NCBI GenBank assembly: GCA_963764175.1
Contig: CAVXRE010000015.1
Location: 9,461-73,460, forward strand
Length of the DNA: 64,000 bases
Direction of reading: 5' to 3'
DNA from: an uncultured Verrucomicrobiae bacterium
Lineage (GTDB): Bacteria > Verrucomicrobiota > Verrucomicrobiia > Limisphaerales > UBA11358
A program made the position numbers and the translations under genes. Shown in pieces: positions 25,873 to 35,500 of the stretch; position 1 is the first letter of the stretch, and each line of letters starts with the position of its first letter. The notes beneath the pieces are model-generated. The model saw only the letters and a list, made by a program, of their open reading frames with translations. It was not told where the DNA came from and did not search any database.

Positions 25873-28163
25873 CCCCAATCCGAGGATGCACGGTTTTGTT
25901 GCTGGCGCTGATGCTTGCGCCTGTTGTCCGCGCGCAACAAAACATCCCGCACATCGCGTACGTCTATCCCGCCGGCGGCAAGCAGGGCGCGACATTTCAA
26001 GTCACGGTTGGCGGACAATTTCTCACCACCGTCTCCGACGCCTATGTTTCCGGCGCGGGCATTCAGGCCGAAGTCATCGAATACAACCGGCCGATGAACC
26101 AGAAGGAATTCAATGACCTCAGGGATCAACTGAAAAAATTGCAGGACAAATGGCTGGCCGCGCGCCGGTCGCCATCAGTGACCAACGTCTGGACCTCGGA
26201 CGATCAAATGCGGCTTGGCGAAATCCGTGATAAAATTCTCAGAAATCCACCGAATCGCCAAGCCAACCCGGCGATGGCGGAAACGGTTGCCTTGAAAATT
26301 TCCATCGCAACAAACGCCGAACCCGGTAATCACGAAATCCGGTTGAAAACTTCCAGCGCCTTGTCCAATCCGCTCGTCTTTTGCGTCGGCGAACTGCACG
26401 AATTTTCCAAGCCGTTGTCCAAGGCTCCCAACCCTGATTTGGATCGTTTTCTGGAAAAGCTCGGCGGAAAACCCGCTGCCACTGGCACCCCGGAATATGT
26501 CGCGCATGTCTATTTGCCCGTCACCATCAACGGACAGATTCTGCCCGGCGGTGTGGACCGTTACTGGTTTGCGGCCCGAAAGGGGCAGCAACTGCTCGTA
26601 AGCGCGGGCGCGCGGGCGTTGATTCCGTATCTGGCCGATGCGGTGCCCGGCTGGTTCGAGGCGACATTGACGATTTATGACGCCAGGGGAAATACACTCG
26701 CATACGACGAACGCTATCGCTTCCGGCCAGATCCGGTCATTCATTTTGAAGTGCCGCGCGACGGCGATTATGCCGTTGAAATTCACGATTCGATTTTTCG
26801 CGGGCGCGAGGACTTTGTATATCGGCTCACGTTGGGCGAACTGCCTTTTGTGGCGGGCATCTTTCCGCTCGGCGGGCCGGCGGGCGGGAAAACCACCGTC
26901 GAATTGACCGGTTGGAATCTTCCAACTCGCACCCTCACGCTGGATGATACCGGCAAAACACCGGGCATTTATCCCATTTCCGTGACCAACGACGGACGGC
27001 TTTCCAACCCTGTGACCTTCTCCGTGGACAACCTGCCCGAATGTCTTGAACAAGAACCAAACAATTCGCCGGAAACTGCGCAGCCCGTCGCGCTGCCCGT
27101 CATCATCAACGGACGAATTGATGTTCCCGGCGATCAGGATGTGTTTCGTTTTGCTGGCAGCGCTGGGGAACAGATCGTCGCGGAGGTCTTTGCGCGCCGG
27201 CTGGATTCGCCATTGGATTCAGTACTCACATTGACGGATGCCGCTGGCAAACAACTTGCCTTCAATGATGATTACGATGACAAAGGTTTCGGCTTGGAGA
27301 CTCAACAAGCCGATTCTTATCTCACAGCCACCTTGCCCGCGGATGGAAACTATTACCTTCGCATCAGTGATGCCCAACAACACGGCGGGCCGGATTACGC
27401 TTATCGTTTGCGCATCAGCGCGCCACAGCCTGACTTCGCGTTGCGCGTGGTGCCCTCAAGCCTCAATGTCCGCGCCGGCTTGAGCGTTCCCGTCATGGTC
27501 TATGCGTTGCGAAAGGATGGATTCACCAACGCAATTGATCTCCGCTTGAAAGGCGCGCCGCCCGGATTATTATTGAGCGGCGCACGCGTGTTGGAGAACC
27601 AGGACAAGGCCCAGTTCACCTTGAAAGCGCCTCCGCAGGCCACAAAGGTGCCGTTTAACCTCACTTTGGAAGGCAGAGCCATCATTGCCGGACAGGAAAT
27701 TATTCACGCCGCCGTGCCTGCGGAGAACATGATGCAGGCCTTTGCCTACCGGCACCTGGTTTCCGCACAGGAACTCATGGTCGCCGTGGCGGGAAATCCG
27801 CGGCCGTTCGCCAGCAACTCGATTAGAATCCTCAGCTCAACCCCCTTGAAAATTCCCGCCGGCGGAACAGCCAGCGTCCGGATTGCCACTCCTTCCAGCG
27901 CGTTTGCAGACCGCTTTGACCTTGAATTAAACGGGGCGCCGGACGGCATTGCCATTCAGAGCGTTTCACCGGATGGAAACGGCGTGGATATTGTGTTTCA
28001 CTGCGACGCCGACAAAATCAAACCCGGACTTCAGGGGAATTTGATTGTCGACATCCTGCCTAAAGTTCAGCCGGCAAACCAGTCTGCGCAAAAAGCTGGA
28101 AACCAGCGCCGCAACCCGGTAGGCACGTTGCCAGCCATCCCCTTTGAAATTGGCGCGGAATAA
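25869..28163 (+). CDS. PPC (pre-peptidase C-terminal) domain-repeat secreted protein, PVC type
   Basis: Signal peptide; YVYPAGGKQG, EQEPNNS..AQPV.LPVIINGRI..PGDQD.FRF, ARRLDSPLDS, YAYRLRI..PQPDF. ATGA overlap with DUF1501. Confidence 0.85.
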   Translation: MTPIRGCTVLLLALMLAPVVRAQQNIPHIAYVYPAGGKQGATFQVTVGGQFLTTVSDAYVSGAGIQAEVIEYNRPMNQKEFNDLRDQLKKLQDKWLAARRSPSVTNVWTSDDQMRLGEIRDKILRNPPNRQANPAMAETVALKISIATNAEPGNHEIRLKTSSALSNPLVFCVGELHEFSKPLSKAPNPDLDRFLEKLGGKPAATGTPEYVAHVYLPVTINGQILPGGVDRYWFAARKGQQLLVSAGARALIPYLADAVPGWFEATLTIYDARGNTLAYDERYRFRPDPVIHFEVPRDGDYAVEIHDSIFRGREDFVYRLTLGELPFVAGIFPLGGPAGGKTTVELTGWNLPTRTLTLDDTGKTPGIYPISVTNDGRLSNPVTFSVDNLPECLEQEPNNSPETAQPVALPVIINGRIDVPGDQDVFRFAGSAGEQIVAEVFARRLDSPLDSVLTLTDAAGKQLAFNDDYDDKGFGLETQQADSYLTATLPADGNYYLRISDAQQHGGPDYAYRLRISAPQPDFALRVVPSSLNVRAGLSVPVMVYALRKDGFTNAIDLRLKGAPPGLLLSGARVLENQDKAQFTLKAPPQATKVPFNLTLEGRAIIAGQEIIHAAVPAENMMQAFAYRHLVSAQELMVAVAGNPRPFASNSIRILSSTPLKIPAGGTASVRIATPSSAFADRFDLELNGAPDGIAIQSVSPDGNGVDIVFHCDADKIKPGLQGNLIVDILPKVQPANQSAQKAGNQRRNPVGTLPAIPFEIGAE

Positions 28164-28324
28164 CTGGCATCCGAATTATAGCGACGAACGCTCCGAAACA
28201 TCCGTCACTTCAAAAGTCGATGATGTCTGAGTGACTGTTGCTGAAAATTCGTGTGGCGGTAAAAAGTCTGATTCGGTAATAGCCGCTGGCAGTTTTTGGT
28301 TTGATTCAACGAGCCGCTTTATGC

Positions 28325-30321
28325 CTACGGGAGCGGCGGGCCGATCTTGATGCGATAGAATTGCGCTGCCGCCGCGGCCGCATTCGTGTCGGTCCACTGG
28401 AAGGAGGCCGTCGGCGGGGAGTTGGTGATGAAGAGCGTGCTCCAGTTTAACAGGTTCGAGGACGCCTGCACCGCATAGTCGGGTCCAAGGATGCTGTTCG
28501 TCACGAGCATTGTGAACTGGCCATTGTTCCAGCCAAACGCCGGCACCGTCGGCAGCGCCAGGGGATTGACCGTGATCGTGAAGCTCTGCGTGGCGCTCAG
28601 GTTGGGTGAGCCGCTGACCGCGACCACCAGAGCGACCGGGTTGGTGGTATTGGCGTCGGTCACCTGGGGCCGCCAACTGAAGCTGGCGTTGGTGTTGTTG
28701 ATTTGAGCCAGCGTGGCACTGGCCGGCCCGCTGAGCAGGCTGAAATTCAGCGCAGGTTGCGGCGAGTTGGTATCGGTTGCCTTGGCGGTGAAGGCGACCG
28801 TCTGGCCCACATTAACGTCCTGATTGGCGATTGGCGCAAGCGTTGGCGCGGTATTGGTGGGCAGGAAACTGGCGCTGACGCTGTCAATCACCGAGGTGTT
28901 GAGTGCGGCATTGTTATGCGCGCACACTGCCAGGCCAATGTAAGCGCCGACGGCCATGGTGATGTTGGTTGGCGTTCCAAGCTGCGTCCAAGAATTGCCG
29001 TCGCTGGAATAATACGCGGTGAAGGTATTGTTGGTGCGTGTCAGGCGCACCCAGTTTGGAGGAGTTCCGGAGGCGGTCGAAGAACTGCTCGTTCCGCCGG
29101 TGGTGCTCCGCCAAATGAATTCGATTCCTGCGCTATTCTCCCCGTCCGCCAGCACTTGCCGGGAGTTTGCGGCCAGGGATTCGCGGATCATCACGGCGGC
29201 CTTGGCGTTGCTCGAAGTGCTTTGAACGCTCACAACGCGGGCGCGGACGTCGCAGTTGGTGCTCACTGGCACGTAAATATAGACAAATTGACATGCGTCC
29301 GTGGTGCCCCAAATGTCGGCGCCGGAACCGGAGATGGTGAATTGGCCGTTGCAATATGTGGCACTGCCGGGCAATCCCACCGCTCCGATGTCCGTGTTGA
29401 GCCAGGGCGAGGGCAAGGCTCCACCCGGCCCTGATGCGCTGGCCTCGGTCGAGGGCAGGCTTTCAAAGCTGCCGTTGGTGACGGTTACCACATAAAAATA
29501 TGTCTGGCACGAAACCACGTTGGAATCGTTGTAATTGGTGGCAGTGATTGAGGAGGCGATCATGTTATAAGGCCCGCCGGTGACATCTGAACGCTTCACA
29601 TTGTAATTGGCGCCGGGTGAACCGCTCCAATTCAATACTATCTGGCCATTGGTGGCCGTCGCCGTCAGGCTGGTCACAATGGCTTGCGGGGTGGCTGCAA
29701 CTTCCGCCGAATTGACACTCGTGCCGTTTCCATTGGCAGTGATGACATAATAATACGTCGTCAGGTTGGTGACGTTGCTGTCAACATAACCCAGGTTCAC
29801 GCCCCCGATGTTTCCAGCGATGAGTGTGTAGGGACCGCCGTGGGTCGTGGCGCGCCACAGATTGTATGTGATGGCGCCTGGCAAGATATCCCAGGTGACT
29901 GTCACCTGCGAATTCCCTCCGACGGCTGCCACTCCCGTTGGGGCAGGGGGAGCCGGCAGGCTGGCCGCTTCCGTGATGGTGATGTTGGTTGAAGTCAAAC
30001 CGGGTGAAGCCGCAGTGAGGGTGATGGAACCGGGTTGACTGATTGACTGAACGATGACTTCAGCCAGTCCATTGAACACCGCGCGCTGACTGCTGTTCTT
30101 GTCCGCTTCGTGAGAGCTGGGGTTGCCATTGCCGACCCCAAGGATGGCGCCGCCGTTGACCGTGAAATTAATTTCATTGGTTGCCGTCGGCACAATCAGG
30201 CCCTGGGAATCCAGGACGGCCACGGTCACCACGGACACATCCTTGCCATCGGCCAGGATGGTGCTGCGGTCGGGAATCAGCGCAATGGCAGCCGGCACTC
30301 CCGTGGTGACAACGGTGTTGG
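28325..30321 (-). pseudogene. 5'-truncated GH2 (beta-galactosidase-like) multidomain secreted protein; catalytic domain removed at the IS3 junction
   Basis: TTGVPAAIAL.PDRSTILADGKDVSVVTV..GVGNGNPSSHE..FNGLAEVIVQS (GH2 C-terminal Ig domain), 2 Fn3 domains, DUF1349-like domain, cadherin-like domain and a C-terminal Y.VQ.S.NL..W..FYR domain. The frame runs into the IS end at 30322. Confidence 0.8.
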
Positions 30322-31600
30322 TGACGTGACTTCACTTTTTCGGGCCATCTGATGTGTTAGTCTGGGACCAAGAAAGGACCAGACAATGAAAGGCAAACGG
30401 TATACGACGGAAGACAAGATCCGCATCCTACGGGAAGTGGACGGTGGCAAGAGCGTGGGTGAGGTCTGCCGGGAAAAGAACATCGCCGAGCAGACGTTTT
30501 ACCGGTGGAAGCGGACCTTTGGCATGATGGATGTTTCCGAGGCCCGGCAGCTCAAGGAGCTCCAGAAGGAAAACACCGAGTTAAAGAAGATGCTGGCCGA
30601 ATCGCTGTTGAAGAATCGGGTCTTGGAGGCTGTATGCGAAAAAAAGTTGTGAGCCCGGCGCATCGCCGGGCGGCAGCACAACAAGTGGTGGCGGCAGGCC
30701 TGTGTTCCCAACGGGTTGCCTGTCGGCTCCTGCGCCTGGCGCGGTCCACTTACGGTTATCAAGGGCGAGCCCCCACCACGGCCGAGCAACAGTTAAGGAG
30801 ACGGCTGCAGGAACTGTCGCAGGAGCATCCGCGCTACGGGTATCGGCGGATCGCAGCGTTGTTGCGCCAGGAAGGCTGGCGAGTCGGCAAACGGCACATT
30901 CAACGACTGCGCCGAGCGGAGGGATTGCGCGTCCCACCCACCAAACGAAAGGTAATTCGGCGCGGGCTATCCACGGGTTTGCCGACTACGGCCACGCATC
31001 GGAACCACGTATGGACCTGGGACTTTATCGCCGATGCAACGGTGCGTGGTGGGGCTTTGCGGATCCTAACGATCTTGGACGAACACACGCGGGAGTGTCA
31101 TGTACTGCGGGTGGACCGCGCGCTGCGCGCGCAGGACGTGCTGACTTGGTTGCAGAAGGCCATCGAACAACAAGGCGCGCCGGAATATCTGCGTTCGGAC
31201 AACGGATCGGAGTTTATCGCCAAAATCGTGCAGCGGTGGCTGGCGGAGAACCACATCAAGACGATTTACATTGAGCCGGGCAGTCCGTGGCAGAACGGCT
31301 TTGTGGAAAGTTTTCACGGTCGCTTTCGGGACGAGTGCTTGAATCGGGAGCAACTGTGGACGCTGACGGAAGCGCGAGTAGTGATTGGCGACTACCGCTG
31401 CGAATATAATCAACAAAGACCGCACAGCCGGTTGGGTTATCTGAGCCCGGCCCGGTTCGCGGCGCAACTCAGTCCATCCCCGGCGCCGGTCGGGCTCCGC
31501 CCTCCCTCTGCCGGGGATGGACAAAACCAGAACCAAAAACTAACATGAACCCAGTCTCAGGACTAACTCACGAAGTGGTACAGAAAAGTGAACCCGGTCA
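30322..31600 (+). mobile_element. IS3-family element (IS407-like), copy 1, 1279 bp
   Basis: TG..CA ends with imperfect IRs (TGACGTGACTTCACTTTT / TGACCGGGTTCACTTTT); orfA + orfB; no target duplication. Confidence 0.95.
30386..31548 (+). CDS. IS3 transposase OrfA (30386-30652) / OrfAB via -1 frameshift
   Basis: HTH OrfA; OrfB DDE motifs WTWDF, RSDNGSEF, ESFHGRFRDECLN. A7G slip site at 30639-30646 followed by the hairpin GCCCGGCG-CAT-CGCCGGGC. Confidence 0.95.
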
Positions 31601-31758
31601 AAACCATCAACATCGCCGGACGGCAATATCTCACCCAGGAAGCGATTGATGAATTTCATCGCCGTGCCTGTTCTGGTGAATTTTCCCAAGTTAATAAAGT
31701 GCCGACGCCAAGGGGGTTGAACCCGGTTCGTAATTTTCCCAAAACAACCTCTCGTTAA
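31601..31758 (+). pseudogene. 3' fragment of a small excisionase/winged-HTH-like gene truncated by IS3
   Basis: Hand translation TINIAGRQYLTQEAIDEFHRRACSGEFSQ.. resembles the wing + C-helix of Xis/AlpA-like proteins. Confidence 0.45.
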
Positions 31759-31885
31759 AAGCGGGACTCCAATGGCGAACGGCTGGCGTGAATTCCCCCT
31801 CCCCCCGGCAGGGCGTGGGGACGGGTCGCGCCTGCGAAAAAAAGGGATTCCGTGTTGCCGGACAGTTTCACCGGGGCGCGAGCGC

Positions 31886-31974
31886 GTGACGCGGCGTGAC
31901 GGTGACAGCCTGTCGGTGACGCCCGGTGACTGACACGCGGCCAGTGTCGGCGGTGATGCCCGCGCGCGGGTGAC
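31886..31974. repeat. Cluster of GTGAC pentamers, partly 10-bp phased
   Basis: GTGAC at 31886, 31896, 31902, 31916, 31926 and 31970. Confidence 0.55.
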
Positions 31975-32234
31975 ACGGTGCGACCGGGTTCGCCGGGTAA
32001 CTTGCAAGCCTGACAGCACCCGCTCTAATGCCCCGCCTGACGTTGCCAGCCTTCGCAGAACGCGCTTTGACTGGCTGGGTGTCCGGTAATAGGGTGGTTT
32101 CCGGCGTCTCGGCGCGTGGCGTGGACAGTCTTTGCAATCGTGAAAAGCAGAGCGTTTCAAACGCCCCTGTTACTACTTTTGATACTACTCAGCGGTATTT
32201 GCGGCGGGCGAAACGCGAGAAACCCTTGTTTTAA

Positions 32235-32311
32235 TGGCGCGTCCGGCAGGACTTGAACCTGCAACCTTCTGATCCGAAGTCAGAAGCTCTATCCAATTGA
32301 GCTACGGACGC
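32235..32311 (-). tRNA. tRNA-Arg, anticodon TCG
   Basis: GCGTCCGTAGCTCAATTGGATAGAGCTTCTGACTTCGGATCAGAAGGTTGCAGGTTCAAGTCCTGCCGGACGCGCCA: 77 nt, full cloverleaf, encoded CCA. Confidence 0.97.
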
Positions 32312-32568
32312 CTGACACCAGCATGGCGGTTTCTTTGAGACAATTCAAAATCAGAATACAAATTCAGCCTCCATCGGACCGCGACCACAATCCGGCGCTT
32401 GCGCTTTGAAGTGTTGGGTTGAGACGGTACGACCAAATCGATACATGAAATTGCCGGTCGCGCGACACATCTCCGTACTGGGATGTTTCACCACTGGAAT
32501 TTTCCCCACCGGCAACGTCATCTCGTTCACCCAAATTTCCAGCGCCTCCTGCCAGTTTTCAAACTGGC

Positions 32569-35500
32569 CTAATTCATGAGTTGCAGCCGGAAAAAGCGTT
32601 GTGGTGAACCACCAAAGTTGTTGGTGATTATAAGCGTTCCACCGGTTCCTGTCACCGAACCGCCCACAGGCGTCCAAACCGGATCCGTGAGATTATTTTT
32701 AAATTCGAGCTGATAGCTTTGCCCCGCCACGGCCGGCCAGTTGAGGAAGATGTTTGTTCCCAAAATCTGGATGCTCACCGGCACGGGCAGCGGAATGCTG
32801 GCGGAGAAACTCAAATTATCAATGCCCAAACCCTGGGCTTTGCCGGTGTTATCCGTCATCTGCCACACCAGCCATAACGCAGTCCCCGCCGGCCAGTTCG
32901 TTATGGTTTGATTCAGCACACTCAGGTTGGTCTGATTGAGCGGCGAGGTGCCGTCCACCGCCACGCCGCCCGAATCGGAACCAACGGTCGGAAAACTCAC
33001 ATTCAGGGCCGGCAAAAATGCCGTTGCGGTGCCGGGGAAAGCCGCGGTGCCGGTTGGATCAACGAAATAATAGAATTGCAAGGTCTTGGACTTGTCGGAT
33101 TGACGCCATACTTCGCCGGTGAATTGAAGATTCATGCGATTCAAAGCGATTCCTGTTCCGTTGATGAACCTGACGCCAAAGGCGGTTCCGCCGGTCGTGC
33201 TGGTGGCGAGCAAGCCCAGCGCGCGATTGGAACTGCTGGGCGGGCCGAAACTGAGCTGACCACCCGTGGTCTGGTCGCCGTCGGTCGCACCAAACCTGGA
33301 AAGCAGAACATCGGAACCATACCAGCCGGCCAGGGCGGATATGCCCAGCCCGCCGCTGTTGCCGCTGGCAATCGCCGGGTAGGCGAAGTCATAGGGGTTC
33401 GCCAGGGAGTAGGTCACGCCGTTGATGGTCACCGGGTTCGCGGTATTCACAGAGGTTGCGCCGGGATCCGGCAGTGAATCAAAGTTCTGGGTGTAAACCG
33501 AACCTGCCGCCGTGTAATCAATGAACGAAGGCGGTGGCATCGCAGTCCCGTTGTTGGGCGCGCCGGGTGTCGCCTGGAAAAATTCCTGGCGATTGAAGCT
33601 TTGTCCATCGGGGAAGGAACCATAGGAATCGTTGACACCTATGTTTACGTAGTCAACGTAGTCGAGCACTTGTTGTTGACCGTTGGTGGCGAGCCGGGTC
33701 AACGCCAAAGAACCCGTGCCGCTGGGCAAAATAAAATTGGCATGCAATTCACTGGCTGTCGAAAGGTTGGTCAGGCCGTCGGCGAAGATCACCTCGAACT
33801 GGCCGGCATTGATGACGGCGCTGCCTGGAAATGCCCACTGCAAGAGGTTGGTATAATTGTCGGCCAGATAAAGTCCGTTCAGCGGGATTACATTGGTGCT
33901 GGGATTGTAAAGTTCGAGCCAGCCGGTGTGTTGACCCGCGCTGTTGGTGATGCCCGTCAGGTTGTCGGCCTGCAATTCATTGATCCAGAGTGATGGGAAG
34001 GGTGTCAGAGAGGCTGCAACACTGTTTTGCACACCGGGCGTGGCGATAAACGGTGAGAGCGACCAATTGCCGACGCGCCAATTGTCCTGGTTCGGGTCAA
34101 TCAGTTGCAGGGATGCGCCGGTCCCGTTGGCGTTTGTCGGCCACGGCAGTTGATTTTCATATTCCACCTCGGCCACGGTCACATTGCTGGAAGTGTTCAA
34201 CGCGAGGATTCCGCTCGCCGGCAACGTGCCGCCAAAATAGTCATACACCGGATTGGTCGCGCCGTAGGCCTCGGCAAAAGCCGCGCCATTTTCTGCCAGG
34301 ACAAGGTAATTGGTCGGCGCAAGAATTGAACCGTTCGGAAACGTGTAGGACAACGCTTGAAGCTGCCAGCCGGACAGGTCAAACGTCATGTTGGTCGAGT
34401 TATTGTAGAGTTCCACAAACTGGGCGTCGTTGGCCGCCGGAGCATACATTATCTCGTTGATGACCACCCTGCCGGCGGGTGACGAATTGGTTCCGTTGTA
34501 AATGACGCTGACGCTGTTGCTGTCGCCCGTTATCGGCTGGTTATTTCTGTCCACGCCCACCACGTTCAAATTGTTTGTTCTGCCGGCCAGCGGCAAAGTG
34601 ATGGTCCAGTTGGTCAAGCTCGTCCATGTCAGCGGATACGCCACGCCGTTGATCCAGACGGTGTCCACATTCACCGGAGCCTGACCGGTGACGTAAGCGA
34701 CGTTGTTACTCAGCGTCACGTTTGGGTTGACCGTGAAGCTGGTGGCATCGATCGCAGCCAGTTGCGAGGCGATGCTGGTCTGAGCCTCGGCAATCCAAGG
34801 CAGCATGCTGGCGTTGGGATCCTCGACGGTCAGGCCATTGTCCACGAAGGCATTATATTTGGCGTCGCACAAGGGCGCGGTGTTGGCGAGGTTGAGCGGC
34901 CCGTTGACCAGTTCCTCCAACGCCCGCCAATACATGCGGAGGAAGGTCGGGTTGCTGTAGATGTCCGCAGTGTAGGGATCCTGATAATTGACCGCAAAAA
35001 GGTCTTGTCCCGGCCCCCATGCGCCGTGGTCCAGACAAATGTTGAAGTCAAACATCAACAGCGAATATTTCGTGCCCAGCGCGCCGATGTAGCCGTAGAG
35101 GTTTTGTTCCGTGGTGGCGCCAAAGCTGTCGCGATTGGCCGCGGCGTGATTGGCGGCAAACACGCGCATCCAGTTCTCCATGTCGGCCAGGTTTTCCATG
35201 TTTGCCACGTAATTGGGCATCCCGTAGGAATTGGCGGCGTCCACCAGCGAATAGGGCGCGGCAAAATTATTATCAGAATCGGCAGTGCGGCGGATCTCAA
35301 AGTTGTAGCGATAGCTTGCCGCCTTCTTCGCCCCCCCGGTTGTGGTGTAGTTGTTGAGCGTGACCCAATTGTTCATGTTGAACGAGGCGTAGCTGCCGCT
35401 CGGGAAAGGGGCGAATTCAAACCATGGCTGCATTTTGTACATATAGCCGCCGGTGTCGTTCGGGAAATATTCCTTCACCATGTCGCTGTCGGGCACCTGG

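Larger units (their letters stand above)
21907..32251. mobile_element. Decayed genomic island integrated at tRNA-Arg(UCG)
   Basis: Bounded by the 17-bp direct repeat of the tRNA 3' end. Contains an excisionase-like fragment and an IS3; no intact integrase. Confidence 0.7.

Noticed and set aside
31790-31855. Phage cos/packaging site
   Set aside because: Only a vague resemblance (G-run and GGAATCCCTTTT on the minus strand); no terminase or capsid genes.
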